A program made the translations under genes and the position numbers. DNA of 64,000 nucleotides from Gammaproteobacteria bacterium (lineage in GTDB: Bacteria; Pseudomonadota; Gammaproteobacteria; Ga0077536), in the NCBI GenBank assembly GCA_963662545.2, contig CAXXLL010000003.1, positions 1 through 64,000 on the forward strand, read 5' to 3'. The notes beneath the pieces were generated by a model. It had not been told where the DNA came from. It searched no databases and saw only the letters and a program-made list of their open reading frames with translations. Positions 20,466 to 33,053 of this stretch are shown here, in pieces (the stretch's first letter is position 1; every line of letters begins with the position of its first letter).

Positions 20466-20538
20466 ATGACCGCTTCGGGCACATAACGGACTCACGAGCC
20501 TTTCGCGCGAACGTCCGCTATCGAGCGCAGGAGACATT
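20466..20538 (+). repeat. Palindrome pair of the island repeat family
   Basis: ATGACCGCTT-CGGGCACA-TAACGGACTC and ACGTCCGCTA-TCGAGCGC-AGGAGACATT. Confidence 0.6.
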
Positions 20539-20635
20539 CGGCGGTTGCCAGATACGGTCGAAAATTAGAATCGACATCTGTAAGAACAAGTCTGAGTTTT
20601 TACACCTGAGTTCTAGATTAGAAGCTCGATCCTGC

Positions 20636-20659
20636 TGACGGTAACTTTGACGGTAACTT
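20636..20659 (+). repeat. TGACGGTAACTT x2, putative integrase arm-type sites
   Basis: Perfect 12-bp tandem repeat near the island end. Confidence 0.55.
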
Positions 20660-20958
20660 CCAAAAGTCTAACTGGACATTACTCGCCGCTTCAGTACGTT
20701 ACGCGCCGAATTAAATTGCACCAGGTGACCCTTAATCCCCGGACCCTTCGGAATGCGTTTTCAAAGCTGGGCCGTCGCTGGCCGGTTCAAGGAAGTTTGG
20801 TTGGCTGCAATGATTGGAAATACTTATCGACGCCTACCTGGCGGGGGTGTTGTCGTCACGCACGGCCGCCAGGAAGCGGACGGATAGGACCGCGGCAACG
20901 ATCAGATTGGGGGCTAATCGGGGGGCCGGATATTATTTAAATGAATGAACTATCTATT

Positions 20959-20971
20959 AATCAATATGTTA
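20959..20971 (+). promoter_or_regulatory. IHF-binding site next to the tRNA 3' end
   Basis: AATCAATATGTTA matches WATCAANNNNTTR exactly, in an AT-rich tract. Confidence 0.6.
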
Positions 20972-20982
20972 ACTTTTAAGTT

Positions 20983-21072
20983 TGGCGGAGAGGGAGGGAT
21001 TCGAACCCCCGAAGGGCGCTAACCCTTGCTGGTTTTCAAGACCAGTGCATTCAACCGCTCTGCCACCTCTCC
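20983..21072 (-). tRNA. tRNA-Ser(TGA), second copy
   Basis: Reverse complement of 5883-5972. Confidence 0.97.
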
Positions 21073-21129
21073 GATAATTTTTCCTTCGGCAATAGTCGCA
21101 TCGGCGACGACTTAGACGACTACGTTGCA

Positions 21130-21303
21130 TCGCGCCCAGGAGGGATTGATTCACACGAGCTTGGGCTCGCGCTCACCCCTGCGGGGCGCCTCCGCTTCGC
21201 TGCAGCGTCCAAACTCGCTTTCGCGAGTTTGTCGAACCCCCGAAGGGTGCTACCCCTTGCTGCATTTCAACTCCAGTGCATTCAACTGCTCCAACGCCTC
21301 TCC
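21130..21303 (-). pseudogene. Degenerate tRNA-Ser copy with T-loop insertion, second copy
   Basis: Mirror of 5652-5825. Confidence 0.8.
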
Positions 21304-21554
21304 GATTACTTTTTGACCGTATTCGCCCTTTGCGGCGCTTTCGGGCCCCTTAAGTCCCCGAATTCGTCATGGAATCGGCCTCCCGGTGGCCGTCGCGAGC
21401 AAGGTTATCGCATAAAAAACGCCACATAAAGGCATGGTTTTAGTTGAAATTTAATGTTTCGCCCCTATCATTCGATATAGAAACTTACAGTACGGACGCG
21501 TGGTCCAAATAACCATCGAGCGTTCGTCGCGCTTTATTCAAGAGGAATTCCTAT

Positions 21555-22220
21555 ATGGCAACTAACATCGCTACCGCCCGTTCAGAAGCTGCGGTCTTAT
21601 CGACCAACAAGCTGATTCGCAATACCTACACGCTGCTGGCGATGACGCTGATTTTCAGCACCTTCACCGCCACCTTGTCTATCGTCTTGCAGGTACCGAG
21701 CGGCATTGCTTTCGGTTCCTTTATCGGTGGCATTCTCTTAGTGTGGTTCGTCCTGCCCCGCTACGCCAATTCGGCGGCCGGCATCGGCATCGTATTCGCC
21801 GTCACCGGCTTGCTCGGACTGGGCCTGGGCCCGATGCTGACACAGTATCTGGCGTTGCCGAACGGGCCGCAGATCGTGGCGACCGCGCTCGGCGGAACCG
21901 GCGTCATCTTTCTGGGGCTGTCCGGTTATGCGCTGACCACGCGGCGTGACTTCAGCTTCCTCGGCGGCTTTCTCTTCGTCGGCTTCCTGGTCGTCGTCGG
22001 GGCAATGCTGGTCAATATTTTCCTCCACATTCCGGCACTTTCATTGGCGCTGTCAGCGGTCATCATCATGCTGATGAGCGGGTTCATACTTTATGACACC
22101 GGCCGCATGATTAACGGCGGGGAAACCAATTACGTCTACGCCACCATCAGCCTGTACCTGAGCATCTTCAACATCTTCATCAACCTGCTTCACCTGCTCG
22201 GTTTTGCCGGTGACGACTGA
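21555..22220 (+). CDS. yccA: Bax inhibitor-1/YccA family protein (copy 2)
   Basis: Identical to 4735-5400. Confidence 0.92.
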   Translation: MATNIATARSEAAVLSTNKLIRNTYTLLAMTLIFSTFTATLSIVLQVPSGIAFGSFIGGILLVWFVLPRYANSAAGIGIVFAVTGLLGLGLGPMLTQYLALPNGPQIVATALGGTGVIFLGLSGYALTTRRDFSFLGGFLFVGFLVVVGAMLVNIFLHIPALSLALSAVIIMLMSGFILYDTGRMINGGETNYVYATISLYLSIFNIFINLLHLLGFAGDD

Positions 22221-22299
22221 CGCTTGTCCGTCGAAGCAGCTTGCAAAACTATCGGCCCCGCACTGCGGGGCCGTTTAGTATCAGGGCGACCCGAATTCG

Positions 22300-24067
<1,768 letters not shown>

Positions 24068-24071
<4 letters not shown>

Positions 24072-24445
24072 AACTCTCTGACGATTATCAGACCGAGCCA
24101 GCAGGCGGCGAGACAGAGCACGACGTTGGCGAACACATTCGCAAGCGCTCTCGCGGCCTCGCCATTCTCAATCAATTGCAAAGTTTCAATGGAGAAGGTC
24201 GAAAATGTCGTAAATGCCCCTAACAATCCCACCACGAGCAGCGCGCGCATGCCCGCGCCGCCCATGACGCGCTCGGTCAGAAACACGTAGAGGACACCGA
24301 TAAGCAATGAACCCAGGACGTTGACGACCAAGGTGCCCAACGGAAATCCGGGGCCGAACACCGCCGCGACGCTCGATGAGATCCCGAAGCGCAAGACCGC
24401 ACCACAGGCGCCACCGGCAGCGATAAGTATCAGATTCTCGACCAC
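24068..24445 (-). CDS. crcB: Fluoride channel CrcB (copy 2)
   Basis: Identical to 2510-2887. Confidence 0.93.
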
Positions 24446-24477
24446 GATTCCCGCGCACTCCCTATCCCTTACGAACC

Positions 24478-25773
24478 CTATCGAGCGAGCGTGTCGCCGC
24501 CGCCGGCCTTGCCTGCGCGGCGCAGGCGTTCGAGTTTTTCCGCAATCTTGATCTCCATGCCGCGATCGACGGGTTCATAGAAGATCAATTCGCCGAGCGC
24601 CGCGGGGAAATACGTCTGACCCGCGGCGAAACCATCCGCCTCGTCGGGATCGTAGCGGTAATCCTCACCGTGCCCCTCAGCTCGCGCGAGTGCCGTGGGC
24701 GCATTCCGTAAATGCGTCGGCACGGCGTCTGAACCGCGGGATTTCACGGCGGCAGTGGCGCGATTGAATGCCACGTAAACCGCATTGCTCTTGGCGGCGA
24801 CCGCGCAGTACACCATTGCCTGGGCGATCGCGAGTTCGCCCTCCGGGGAGCCCATGCGGCGCCACGCCTCCCATGCGTCCAGTGCGATGCCGAGTGCGCG
24901 CGGGTCGGCATTGCCGACGTCTTCGGAGGCGATGCGTAGAACCCGCCGGGCGATGTAGCCGGGGTCGCAGCCCCCGTCCAGCATCCGCGCGTACCAATAG
25001 AGTGCGGCGTCGGGATTGGAACCGCGGACGGATTTGTGCAGGGCCGAGATCTGATCGTAGAAGTTGTCCTGGCCCTTATCGAACCGCCGTATCTCCGCAC
25101 CCTCGACGGCCCGCTTCATGCTCGCCTCGTCGATGCGGCCGTTCTTCGCCAGGGACGCTGCGAGCTCCAGCAGGTTGAGCGCGCGCCGCGCATCGCCGTC
25201 GGCCACGCGCGCGAGACCGTCGCGCAGATCTGATGCCATCGATATCGTTCGATCCGGGGCCATCTTCGCGATCGCGCGATCGATGACCTGCCGCACGGCC
25301 GGTTCATCCAGCGGGCGTAGCGTATACACGCGAAGGCGCGACAAGAGCGCGTTATTGAGTTCGAATGCGGGGTTCTCCGTCGTCGCCCCGATGAAGGTGA
25401 TGGTGCCGCTTTCGATGTGCGGCAGAAAGGCGTCCTGCTGGGCTTTGTTGAACCGGTGCACCTCGTCCACGAAGACGGCGGTCGAGCGGCCCATCGCCCG
25501 CCCCTGGTGCGCTTGTTCGACGGCGGCGCGAATGTCCTTTACGCCGCCGAGCACGGCCGAAAAGGATATGAATTGGGCCTCGGCATTCGTCGCAAGCATG
25601 CGGGCGAGCGTCGTTTTACCGCTGCCCGGCGGTCCCCACAGAACCATGGAATGCAGCATGCCGCCGTCGAGTGCGCGCCGCAGCGGTTGACCTTCGCCGA
25701 GCAGGTGACCCTGGCCGTGAAACTCAGCAAGCGATGTCGGTCGAAGCTGGTCGGCTAGCGGCGGCATATTCAT
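24478..25773 (-). CDS. rarA: RarA/MgsA (copy 2)
   Basis: Identical to 1182-2477. Confidence 0.95.
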   Translation of the reverse strand: MNMPPLADQLRPTSLAEFHGQGHLLGEGQPLRRALDGGMLHSMVLWGPPGSGKTTLARMLATNAEAQFISFSAVLGGVKDIRAAVEQAHQGRAMGRSTAVFVDEVHRFNKAQQDAFLPHIESGTITFIGATTENPAFELNNALLSRLRVYTLRPLDEPAVRQVIDRAIAKMAPDRTISMASDLRDGLARVADGDARRALNLLELAASLAKNGRIDEASMKRAVEGAEIRRFDKGQDNFYDQISALHKSVRGSNPDAALYWYARMLDGGCDPGYIARRVLRIASEDVGNADPRALGIALDAWEAWRRMGSPEGELAIAQAMVYCAVAAKSNAVYVAFNRATAAVKSRGSDAVPTHLRNAPTALARAEGHGEDYRYDPDEADGFAAGQTYFPAALGELIFYEPVDRGMEIKIAEKLERLRRAGKAGGGDTLAR

Positions 25774-26004
25774 GCCCGGGCTAGGGACTTGTACGGCATA
25801 GGGAATCACGGCGAGACGATTGGGAAATCGATGACAGCTTTTCGTTTGCGCGTCCAAAGATTTCTTTTCGCCGACATTGCGGGCCGGAATTCGGGTGCGA
25901 TGGTTGTCTAGTCATCAGCAATGGTCTTCCAGATCCCCTACGGGTCGCCTGACCGAGTCCAAAACGTCAAACGGCAAGACCGAACCCGCCCCCCCGGGAA
26001 TGAC

Positions 26005-26769
26005 TCATCGTGAATCACCGCGGAACGCCTCCCGGGCCTGTTTGGCTGCGTCGCTGTTGAGTACCATCAGCGAGACATCGGCATCCATGAACGACGACGC
26101 ATGCAGCTTGGCATTGGCCGTGGCGTTGATCGCCTGTTTAGTCATGGTCATGATAACCGGCGGCATCTCGAGTGCCGCTCGCGCCAGTTCCATCGCCGCG
26201 TCCACCGCCTGGCCGTCATCGGCGATCTCCTCGACCAGGCCCCAGGCCAGGGCCTGCTCCGCGCCCATCTTTTCACACAGCATGACGATGCGTTTGGCGC
26301 GGGCGGGCCCGACCAGCGCCACCAGCCGGGGAATCGCCTGCCATTGCAAGGTCAAACCGATCTTTACCTCAGGGACATACAGGTAAGCGCTTCTCGACAT
26401 GACGCGCCAATCGCAGCAAAGGGTAATCGCCACCCCCGCTCCGACGGCAGGCCCTTCGATCGCGGCGATGGTGGTCTGCGGCATCTCTTCCCAAGTACGG
26501 CACAGATGACGACCCAGATGGCTCCGCTGGCGTTGTTCCGCGAAGGTCATCGGCGGGTGTATTTCCTTAAGATCGGCGCCGGCAGAAAACGCCCGTAAAG
26601 TACCGGTAAGAATGACGACATGGGTATCGTGGTCGTCGTGAAAGGTGCGAGCCGCTTCGGTCAACTCGACAGTCAGTTCTCGGTTGAACGCGTTGAGATT
26701 CGCCTCGCGCTGCATACGCACGATGGCAACCGGTCCCTGGCGTTCGATAGCGACGGTGTTCCAACTCAT
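26005..26769 (-). CDS. Enoyl-CoA hydratase/isomerase (copy 2)
   Basis: Identical to 186-950. Confidence 0.9.
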   Translation of the reverse strand: MSWNTVAIERQGPVAIVRMQREANLNAFNRELTVELTEAARTFHDDHDTHVVILTGTLRAFSAGADLKEIHPPMTFAEQRQRSHLGRHLCRTWEEMPQTTIAAIEGPAVGAGVAITLCCDWRVMSRSAYLYVPEVKIGLTLQWQAIPRLVALVGPARAKRIVMLCEKMGAEQALAWGLVEEIADDGQAVDAAMELARAALEMPPVIMTMTKQAINATANAKLHASSFMDADVSLMVLNSDAAKQAREAFRGDSR

Positions 26770-26970
26770 ACTCCCTCCCGGAATGTAGCGTGAATGCGTC
26801 AGCTCTATCGCTAGATTGCGTAGATGTCACGGCTCGGCCCACCATACTGCCCCCTCCGATCGAAGTCGATATGCCTTAAATGGACAGAGGTGAGAGGCGA
26901 AAGACGTGGGCGGAACGGCACGGACGCAGGAGGTCATGACGCCTCATCGCGCTACCGATTAAATCCTTAT

Positions 26971-28269
26971 TCAGAAATCCTTCGACCAGCTGACGTCGAT
27001 CATGTTCTCATAGATCGAATTGCGTGCGGCCGCACCAAAGAGCGCCGTCGAGCGATCGCGGTTCGTTTTCTTGAACGCGTGCATATAGGTCAATGACAAT
27101 TCACTTCCGCCCACGAATCGCCAGCTACCTCCGAGCGCGACGTTATCATTGGTCGTGGCGGGCGAGATGGTATTGAACAAGGTTTCGCGATTCGGGATCT
27201 GGCTTGAGCCGTGGTTCCAGCCGGCGCGCAAGGTCAACCGGTCGTTACAGCGGTAACGCGCGCCGAGCTTGAATATCGATTGATCGATCCAGCCAAAACC
27301 GATCCCGCCGCTGGCGCCAAGCAAGCGCGCCGGCGTGATCGTGCCGGCCAGCTCCGCCGCGGTCGGTCCGGGGTTGCTGATCGCATCGACCGAATCCCAT
27401 AGGATCCGCTGAAAATCGAAGACGATCGTCAGCCGGGGCATCGCGTCCCACGACAGCCCCACGCTCCACTGCGGCGGCGCATCAAGCTCACCGTTACCGG
27501 CAAGCAATCCATTGTACTTAGTCGAACGGCCGATCCAGATCCGGCTGGTGTACTGCGCGCCGATCCGAACGCGGGTATGTAGTTCTGCAATCCAGCCCAC
27601 GCGAACGCCGCCGCCGAGTTCATAGTCGGTCGCGCGGTTGGATACGCTGCTTGGGTCCTTCGACAGCCGCGCGAAACTCTCCAGTCCGCGAATGCTGAAT
27701 CGCTGTACCGCCATGATCGGTGAAATCCCGATCGTATGCGCCGGATGGATCCGCCATGCCAGCGACGGCGCGATGAAGACCTGTGAAAAGTCGACGCCGA
27801 GTTTCCCGTCGCCTGGGAAACCGGGCGTTCCGGGGACACCACCCAGGATGCGCGCACCCGCCTCATCAAACAGCGCGCGGCCGTAGGTCGTGTTGATCCC
27901 GCCGTTGCCGTAAACCGTGACGCCAATGGCAATGCCGTCCGAGAGGTGCCGGCTCCAACCGAAATTAGGGACAACAAACAAGTCGCGGGCCGAGCGGTCC
28001 TCGACGACCGCATCACATGCGCCGATCCCGCGACAATCGATGCTGGCCTCACGTATCGCTGTAATCACCCTGAGACCCGCATCGTACCCGCCGGGAACCA
28101 GGGCCATGCCCGCCGGATTCACCGCGCCGGCAAGACGGTCCTGCGGAAACGCGACCCCTGCACCGCCGACGCCAATCGCTTTCGCCCCGTATCCGATCAT
28201 GAAATAGCCGTTGGTCGCGAGGGCCGGGTGCGCCCATATCACGATCATTATCAGGATCGAAAAGCGCAT
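26971..28269 (-). CDS. OmpP1/FadL/TodX family outer membrane transporter
   Basis: Signal peptide, ATNGYF..GYGAKA.G.GGAGVA, NPAG, C-terminal aromatic residue. Confidence 0.88.
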   Translation of the reverse strand: MRFSILIMIVIWAHPALATNGYFMIGYGAKAIGVGGAGVAFPQDRLAGAVNPAGMALVPGGYDAGLRVITAIREASIDCRGIGACDAVVEDRSARDLFVVPNFGWSRHLSDGIAIGVTVYGNGGINTTYGRALFDEAGARILGGVPGTPGFPGDGKLGVDFSQVFIAPSLAWRIHPAHTIGISPIMAVQRFSIRGLESFARLSKDPSSVSNRATDYELGGGVRVGWIAELHTRVRIGAQYTSRIWIGRSTKYNGLLAGNGELDAPPQWSVGLSWDAMPRLTIVFDFQRILWDSVDAISNPGPTAAELAGTITPARLLGASGGIGFGWIDQSIFKLGARYRCNDRLTLRAGWNHGSSQIPNRETLFNTISPATTNDNVALGGSWRFVGGSELSLTYMHAFKKTNRDRSTALFGAAARNSIYENMIDVSWSKDF

Positions 28270-28384
28270 AATAATCAAATTATAACCAAATTTAGGTAAT
28301 AAATAAGATTAACTTTTTTTTTCAAAGAATCAAGGGAGATAATTATCGAACGCTGCCTTCCTGCGCCCGCGCGATCCCAGGACA

Positions 28385-28631
28385 AGCTGATAAAAATGGG
28401 GGATCCTGAACACGGCCGTCTGCGCCATGACGCCACCGTGGCCGCGACACCGATAACGGGCGGCACCTCTACGACGAATACCGGAAGCTTCAGGCCCGCG
28501 GATTCTGCATCATCGCCGCGCTCGTCATCATCGCGCGTAAGCTCGCCCGGCTCGCCTTTAGTCTCTTTGGAGGACGCACGAGCTTCGACCCGATGGATCA
28601 CCGAGCTGTTTGCCCGGCAACATAGAATCTC
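28385..28631 (+). pseudogene. 3' remnant of an IS110-family transposase
   Basis: Manual translation KLIKMGDPEHGRL.. then (frameshifted) ..QARGFCIIAALVIIARKLARLAFSLF...FDP; stop at 28623-28625. Confidence 0.65.
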
Positions 28632-29273
28632 CTACGGCACCCCGCCCCGAATTACATCGACGCCGGGCGGTGGACTGAACTCGAACAGCTTATCGTCGAG
28701 TTCCAGGTTGCGGCTGATCTCGTCGAAATGCAGCAAGGTCGACTGACCGAGATTGTCGTTCAAGCGCATCGCGCGGACTTCGCCGCCGGCCAGACCCAGC
28801 TCGATCCGCTGAAAATCGGTCGCGGCAAGTTTCGGCGTCAGACGGTACCAATCGTAAGCACCGTCAGGACCGAGGGCTTCGATGTCGTAGCGGGAATCGA
28901 CGTCCATACCACCACCGAGTAACTCCGCCGGCGATCCGGCCTTGACCTCACCCATCGGGTTGACCGTCACCTGTTCGAGGTCTTCGTCGTATATCCAAAG
29001 CGTATCACCGTCGCCAATGATCGACTGCAGATACGGCGACGTGTAAGACCAGCGGAAACGGCCGGGTCGCTTGACGAGACAGCGGCCAGACGCCGTTTCC
29101 AAGAGCTCGCCGTATTCGTCGTAGCGTTCCTGCGCAAATGCGGCGGAAAACGATTCGAGACCGTTGAGGTAGTTGCGGAGCACGTCGATGCCGGCGCCGT
29201 CGACCGCGATCGCGGGGCCCATGAGCGTGAAGCATGCGGTGGCGAGAAGCGGCGCGATTCGTACGCTGAACAT
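28632..29273 (-). CDS. lolA: Outer membrane lipoprotein chaperone LolA
   Basis: KRPGRFRW, LWIYDEDLEQVT, F.PPPGVDVI; directly downstream of ftsK. Confidence 0.93.
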   Translation of the reverse strand: MFSVRIAPLLATACFTLMGPAIAVDGAGIDVLRNYLNGLESFSAAFAQERYDEYGELLETASGRCLVKRPGRFRWSYTSPYLQSIIGDGDTLWIYDEDLEQVTVNPMGEVKAGSPAELLGGGMDVDSRYDIEALGPDGAYDWYRLTPKLAATDFQRIELGLAGGEVRAMRLNDNLGQSTLLHFDEISRNLELDDKLFEFSPPPGVDVIRGGVP

Positions 29274-29552
29274 GGGACGATTCCTGTGGCTGGGACCGAC
29301 TGGGAAAAATGTGGAAGGAATTGTACTCCAGCTATCCCTGGCTTCTGCCGACCGCTTGCAAAGCGGTCCTCGATGATTCTCTTGCAAAGACGCAAAGCAC
29401 GCCAAGGAAAAGACGGCCGTGGGTGTCGAGGAAGATCAATGATTCCTTAGCGTGCTTGGCGGCTTGGCGAGAACAATCATCGCCGGGGATACCTACTAAT
29501 TCCGCCGAGCTACCTAGCAGGCCGGTGAGAAACAGGACTTTTCACCAGGGCG

Positions 29553-31859
29553 TTAATCTTTGGGCGGCGGCGGTGCCAGCACTTCGCGGCTGCCGTTGGA
29601 CTGGAGTTCGCCGATGACCCCCGCGCGTTCCATTTCTTCGACCATGCGGGCCGCGCGGTTGTAGCCGATCTTCAAACGCCGTTGAACGCCCGATACCGAA
29701 GCGCGCCGCGATTCGGTGACGATGCGCACGGCCTGGTCGTAGAGTTCGTCCTGCTCGGCATCCGTGTCGAAGTCCATACCACCAGCGGCATCGTCGCCGG
29801 CATCGGCGGGCCCGGACAGGATCGCATTGAGGTACTCCGGTTCGCCGACCTCCTTGAGCCGTTGCACCACCTTGTGTACTTCCTCGTCGGAAACAAAGGC
29901 GCCGTGCACGCGTGTGGGAATCGCGGTGCCCGGCGGTAGATAGAGCATGTCGCCGTGGCCAAGCAGCGTCTCCGCACCCATTTGATCGAGGATCGTGCGT
30001 GAATCGACCCGCGAAGAGACCTGAAATGCGATGCGGCTCGGAATGTTGGCCTTGATCAGGCCGGTGATGACATCGACAGACGGCCTTTGGGTCGCCAAGA
30101 TCAGGTGAATGCCGGCGGCGCGTGCCTTCTGTGCAAGTCTTGCGATGAGCTCTTCAACTTTCTTACCGACCACCATCATCATGTCGGCGAGTTCGTCGAC
30201 GATCACGACGATCTGCGGCAGCCTGGTCAGGGGGAGTGCGGCATCGTCTTCGTCTGGCTGCGGCTCGTAGAAGGGATCGGGGATCGGCTTGCCTTTTTTC
30301 GCGGCCTCATCAAGCTTGCGGTTATAGCCGCCGATGTTGCGTACGCCTAGGGTCGCCATCAGGCGGTAACGCCGATCCATTTCCGCCACGCACCAGCGCA
30401 GCGCGTTCGACGCCTCTTTCATATCGGTGACAACGGGCGCGAGCAGCGCCGGGATCCCCTCGTAAACCGACAGCTCCAGCATCTTCGGATCGATCATGAT
30501 TAGCCGGACGTCCTCGGGAGTCGATTTGTACAGCAGGCTCAGGATCATCGCATTGAGAGCAACCGACTTACCGGCGCCGGTCGTGCCGGCAACCAGCAGA
30601 TGCGGCATCTTCGCGAGGTCGACGACCATCGGCTGGCCGGCGATATCCTTGCCCAGTGCAAGGGTGAGCATCGAGGCGCTGTGCTCGTAGGCGTCAGATT
30701 TGAGCATGTCACTGAGCGACACGATTTCGCGCTGCTCGTTCGGAATTTCAAGGCCGATGACCGTCTTGCCCGGAATCACCTCGACGACACGCACACTGAT
30801 GGTCGAAAGCGAGCGTGCGAGATCCTTGGCGAGGTTAGTGATCCGACTCGCCTTGATGCCGGGCGCCGGTTGCAATTCGAACCGCGTGATCACCGGTCCT
30901 GGGTGAACCGCCACGACTTCGACCTCGATGTTGAAGTCCTTGAGCTTGAGTTCGACCTGGCGCGACATGGCTTCGAGTGCCTCGACGGAATAACCCCCGA
31001 CGCGGGACACGGGCATATCGAGCAGGCTCAGTTCCGGCAGACTGGTTTGCGGAGAAGGCTCAAACAGGGGTTCCTGTTTTTCGCGCTCGACCCGCACGCT
31101 CGTCGGTTTCTCTACAATGCGGGGCTCGATCCGGGGCGGCGGGCGGTTTTCCAGTTTTTCCGTTTCCTCCTTACGCACGGCCGTGCGCTCCCTTTTCGCC
31201 CGCATGCCGCGAATCGTATCGAGGAGGTCGTCGATGCCCAGGCAAGTCCACTCCCACCCAATCAGGCTGTAGCGACCAACGGTATCCATCAACCAGATCC
31301 AGGAAAGCCCGGTGAACAACGTTACGCCGGTAAAAAAGATCGCAATCATCAACAACGATCCGCCTAGCTCGCCGAAGCTGGCGAAGGCGGCCGTGGCCGT
31401 CACGTCCCCGAGGATCCCTCCGGCCTGATGCGGTAATTCGGCAACGGCGCCGTTTGTACGCACCCAAAACAGCCCGCAGCCGGTGACCACGGTAAAAGTG
31501 AAACCGACGAAACGAACACTGAGACTGAAGTAATCGGAAAAGAATTCCCCGGCGCCTTCACGGATGATCATCCATCCGCCGTAGATCACCATCAGCGGAA
31601 ACAGGTAGGCGAACTGGCCGAACAGATAGAGCGCAAGGTCGGCGACCCATGCGCCGACCAAGCCACCCTCGTTGCGGAGAAATTCGGTGTTTCCGGTTTG
31701 GGACCAGCCTGGGTCGGAGGGATGATGCGACAACAAGGCGATCAGCAGATATAGGGCGATACCGCCAAGCCCGATTAAAATCCCTTCTTTGAGTCTTCGC
31801 ACGACGTGTTTCGATATCGGCAGCACGAGCTCCGATTGCTTGCGGATCGCTTGCGACAT
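29553..31859 (-). CDS. ftsK: DNA translocase FtsK
   Basis: N-terminal TMs, [26 protein letters not shown], gamma domain IGYNRAAR. Confidence 0.98.
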   Translation of the reverse strand: MSQAIRKQSELVLPISKHVVRRLKEGILIGLGGIALYLLIALLSHHPSDPGWSQTGNTEFLRNEGGLVGAWVADLALYLFGQFAYLFPLMVIYGGWMIIREGAGEFFSDYFSLSVRFVGFTFTVVTGCGLFWVRTNGAVAELPHQAGGILGDVTATAAFASFGELGGSLLMIAIFFTGVTLFTGLSWIWLMDTVGRYSLIGWEWTCLGIDDLLDTIRGMRAKRERTAVRKEETEKLENRPPPRIEPRIVEKPTSVRVEREKQEPLFEPSPQTSLPELSLLDMPVSRVGGYSVEALEAMSRQVELKLKDFNIEVEVVAVHPGPVITRFELQPAPGIKASRITNLAKDLARSLSTISVRVVEVIPGKTVIGLEIPNEQREIVSLSDMLKSDAYEHSASMLTLALGKDIAGQPMVVDLAKMPHLLVAGTTGAGKSVALNAMILSLLYKSTPEDVRLIMIDPKMLELSVYEGIPALLAPVVTDMKEASNALRWCVAEMDRRYRLMATLGVRNIGGYNRKLDEAAKKGKPIPDPFYEPQPDEDDAALPLTRLPQIVVIVDELADMMMVVGKKVEELIARLAQKARAAGIHLILATQRPSVDVITGLIKANIPSRIAFQVSSRVDSRTILDQMGAETLLGHGDMLYLPPGTAIPTRVHGAFVSDEEVHKVVQRLKEVGEPEYLNAILSGPADAGDDAAGGMDFDTDAEQDELYDQAVRIVTESRRASVSGVQRRLKIGYNRAARMVEEMERAGVIGELQSNGSREVLAPPPPKD

Positions 31860-32165
31860 AAGGTCAAATAGGATTCTACTGTTTATCTAGTAAACTTATG
31901 AAAAATATGTAGATAAATAATGATAGTTCGTAACCGCGACGAACGCCAGCATAGGCCTTGAAAAGCCTGCCGCGGGGACATTTCCCGATGCCGGTCCGCC
32001 GGAGGCATGAAGACCCCAGGAGCCTGTATGGCATAGGATGAATCTACGGCGGCGGTAGGAAATCGGTCCAGCTTTCCGATCATGTTCGTTAAATAGTCAC
32101 CACTATTCGCCTCGAATGATCGAAAAGCTGGCCTCGATTTCCCCCTCGCCTCGCTACGATTCCCT

Positions 32166-32990
32166 ATGCCATACAGACGCCTAGTGGGCACCATCACCGC
32201 CGTGCTGCTGGTCTACGCGGGGCTGTGTGCGCTCGTATACCTGGCCCAGCCCAGCCTGATTTACCATCCAGATCGCCAACTTACCGGCGCACCGGCCGAT
32301 CGCGGGCTGGCATTCGAGGACGTTACTCTCGATACTGCCGACGGCGAATCGATCCACGGTTGGTACGTCCCGGCGGCAGAGTCCGCCAGCCACGTACTCT
32401 TTTTCCACGGCAACGCCGGCAACATTTCGCACCGTCTGGATACCGTCGAGATTCTTCACCGGATGGGGCACGCGATCTTGATCGTCGACTACCGGGGATA
32501 TGGGCGGAGCAGCGGCCGACCGTCGGAGGCCGGAACCTACGCCGATGCCGCCGCGGCCTGGGATTACCTACGCGACACGCTTGGCGTCGAACCGCAGCGG
32601 ATCGTCGTCTATGGTCGCTCGCTCGGCGGCGCCGTCGCCGTATGGCTTGCCGCGAACCGCACGCCTGCAGGACTCATTATTGAATCGACGTTTACACACA
32701 TGGCTGACATGGGCGCCCATCACTACCCTTACCTGCCTGCCCGAGCGCTGACGCGCATCCATTACGATTCACTGTCGCGCATGCCCTCGGTTCGTTGTTC
32801 AGTGTTCGGCGCCCACAGCGACGAAGACGAAATCGTACCCTTTCATTTGGGCAAAAAGCTCGCTGATTCGGCGCGGAATCTCGCTCTGTTCGTGACGCTT
32901 AAAGGTTCTCACAATGATTCCTTCCTACGCGGCGGAGCCGCCTATCACCGGGCACTCGACACGTTCATTCGCAGCGTGTCCGGTGATTGA
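32166..32990 (+). CDS. Alpha/beta hydrolase (ABHD13/BEM46-like)
   Basis: FHGNAGN, DYRGYGRS, GRSLGG, HND. Confidence 0.88.
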   Translation: MPYRRLVGTITAVLLVYAGLCALVYLAQPSLIYHPDRQLTGAPADRGLAFEDVTLDTADGESIHGWYVPAAESASHVLFFHGNAGNISHRLDTVEILHRMGHAILIVDYRGYGRSSGRPSEAGTYADAAAAWDYLRDTLGVEPQRIVVYGRSLGGAVAVWLAANRTPAGLIIESTFTHMADMGAHHYPYLPARALTRIHYDSLSRMPSVRCSVFGAHSDEDEIVPFHLGKKLADSARNLALFVTLKGSHNDSFLRGGAAYHRALDTFIRSVSGD

Positions 32991-33053
32991 CCGGTGCCGG
33001 CCCTTCTGCGACATTGAACGCGCCCGCCACACGACCGAGATAAGCTCAAGACC

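Larger units (their letters stand above)
5973..20982. mobile_element. tRNA-Ser-anchored accessory island (IS-rich, repeat-delimited cargo genes)
   Basis: Starts right after the CCA at both tRNA copies; contains multiple IS, MITEs, an intron remnant and gene fragments; no core genes. Confidence 0.85.

Noticed and set aside
6748-20538. CRISPR array
   Set aside because: Repeats are degenerate, linkers are conserved between units rather than unique spacers, and there are no cas genes.
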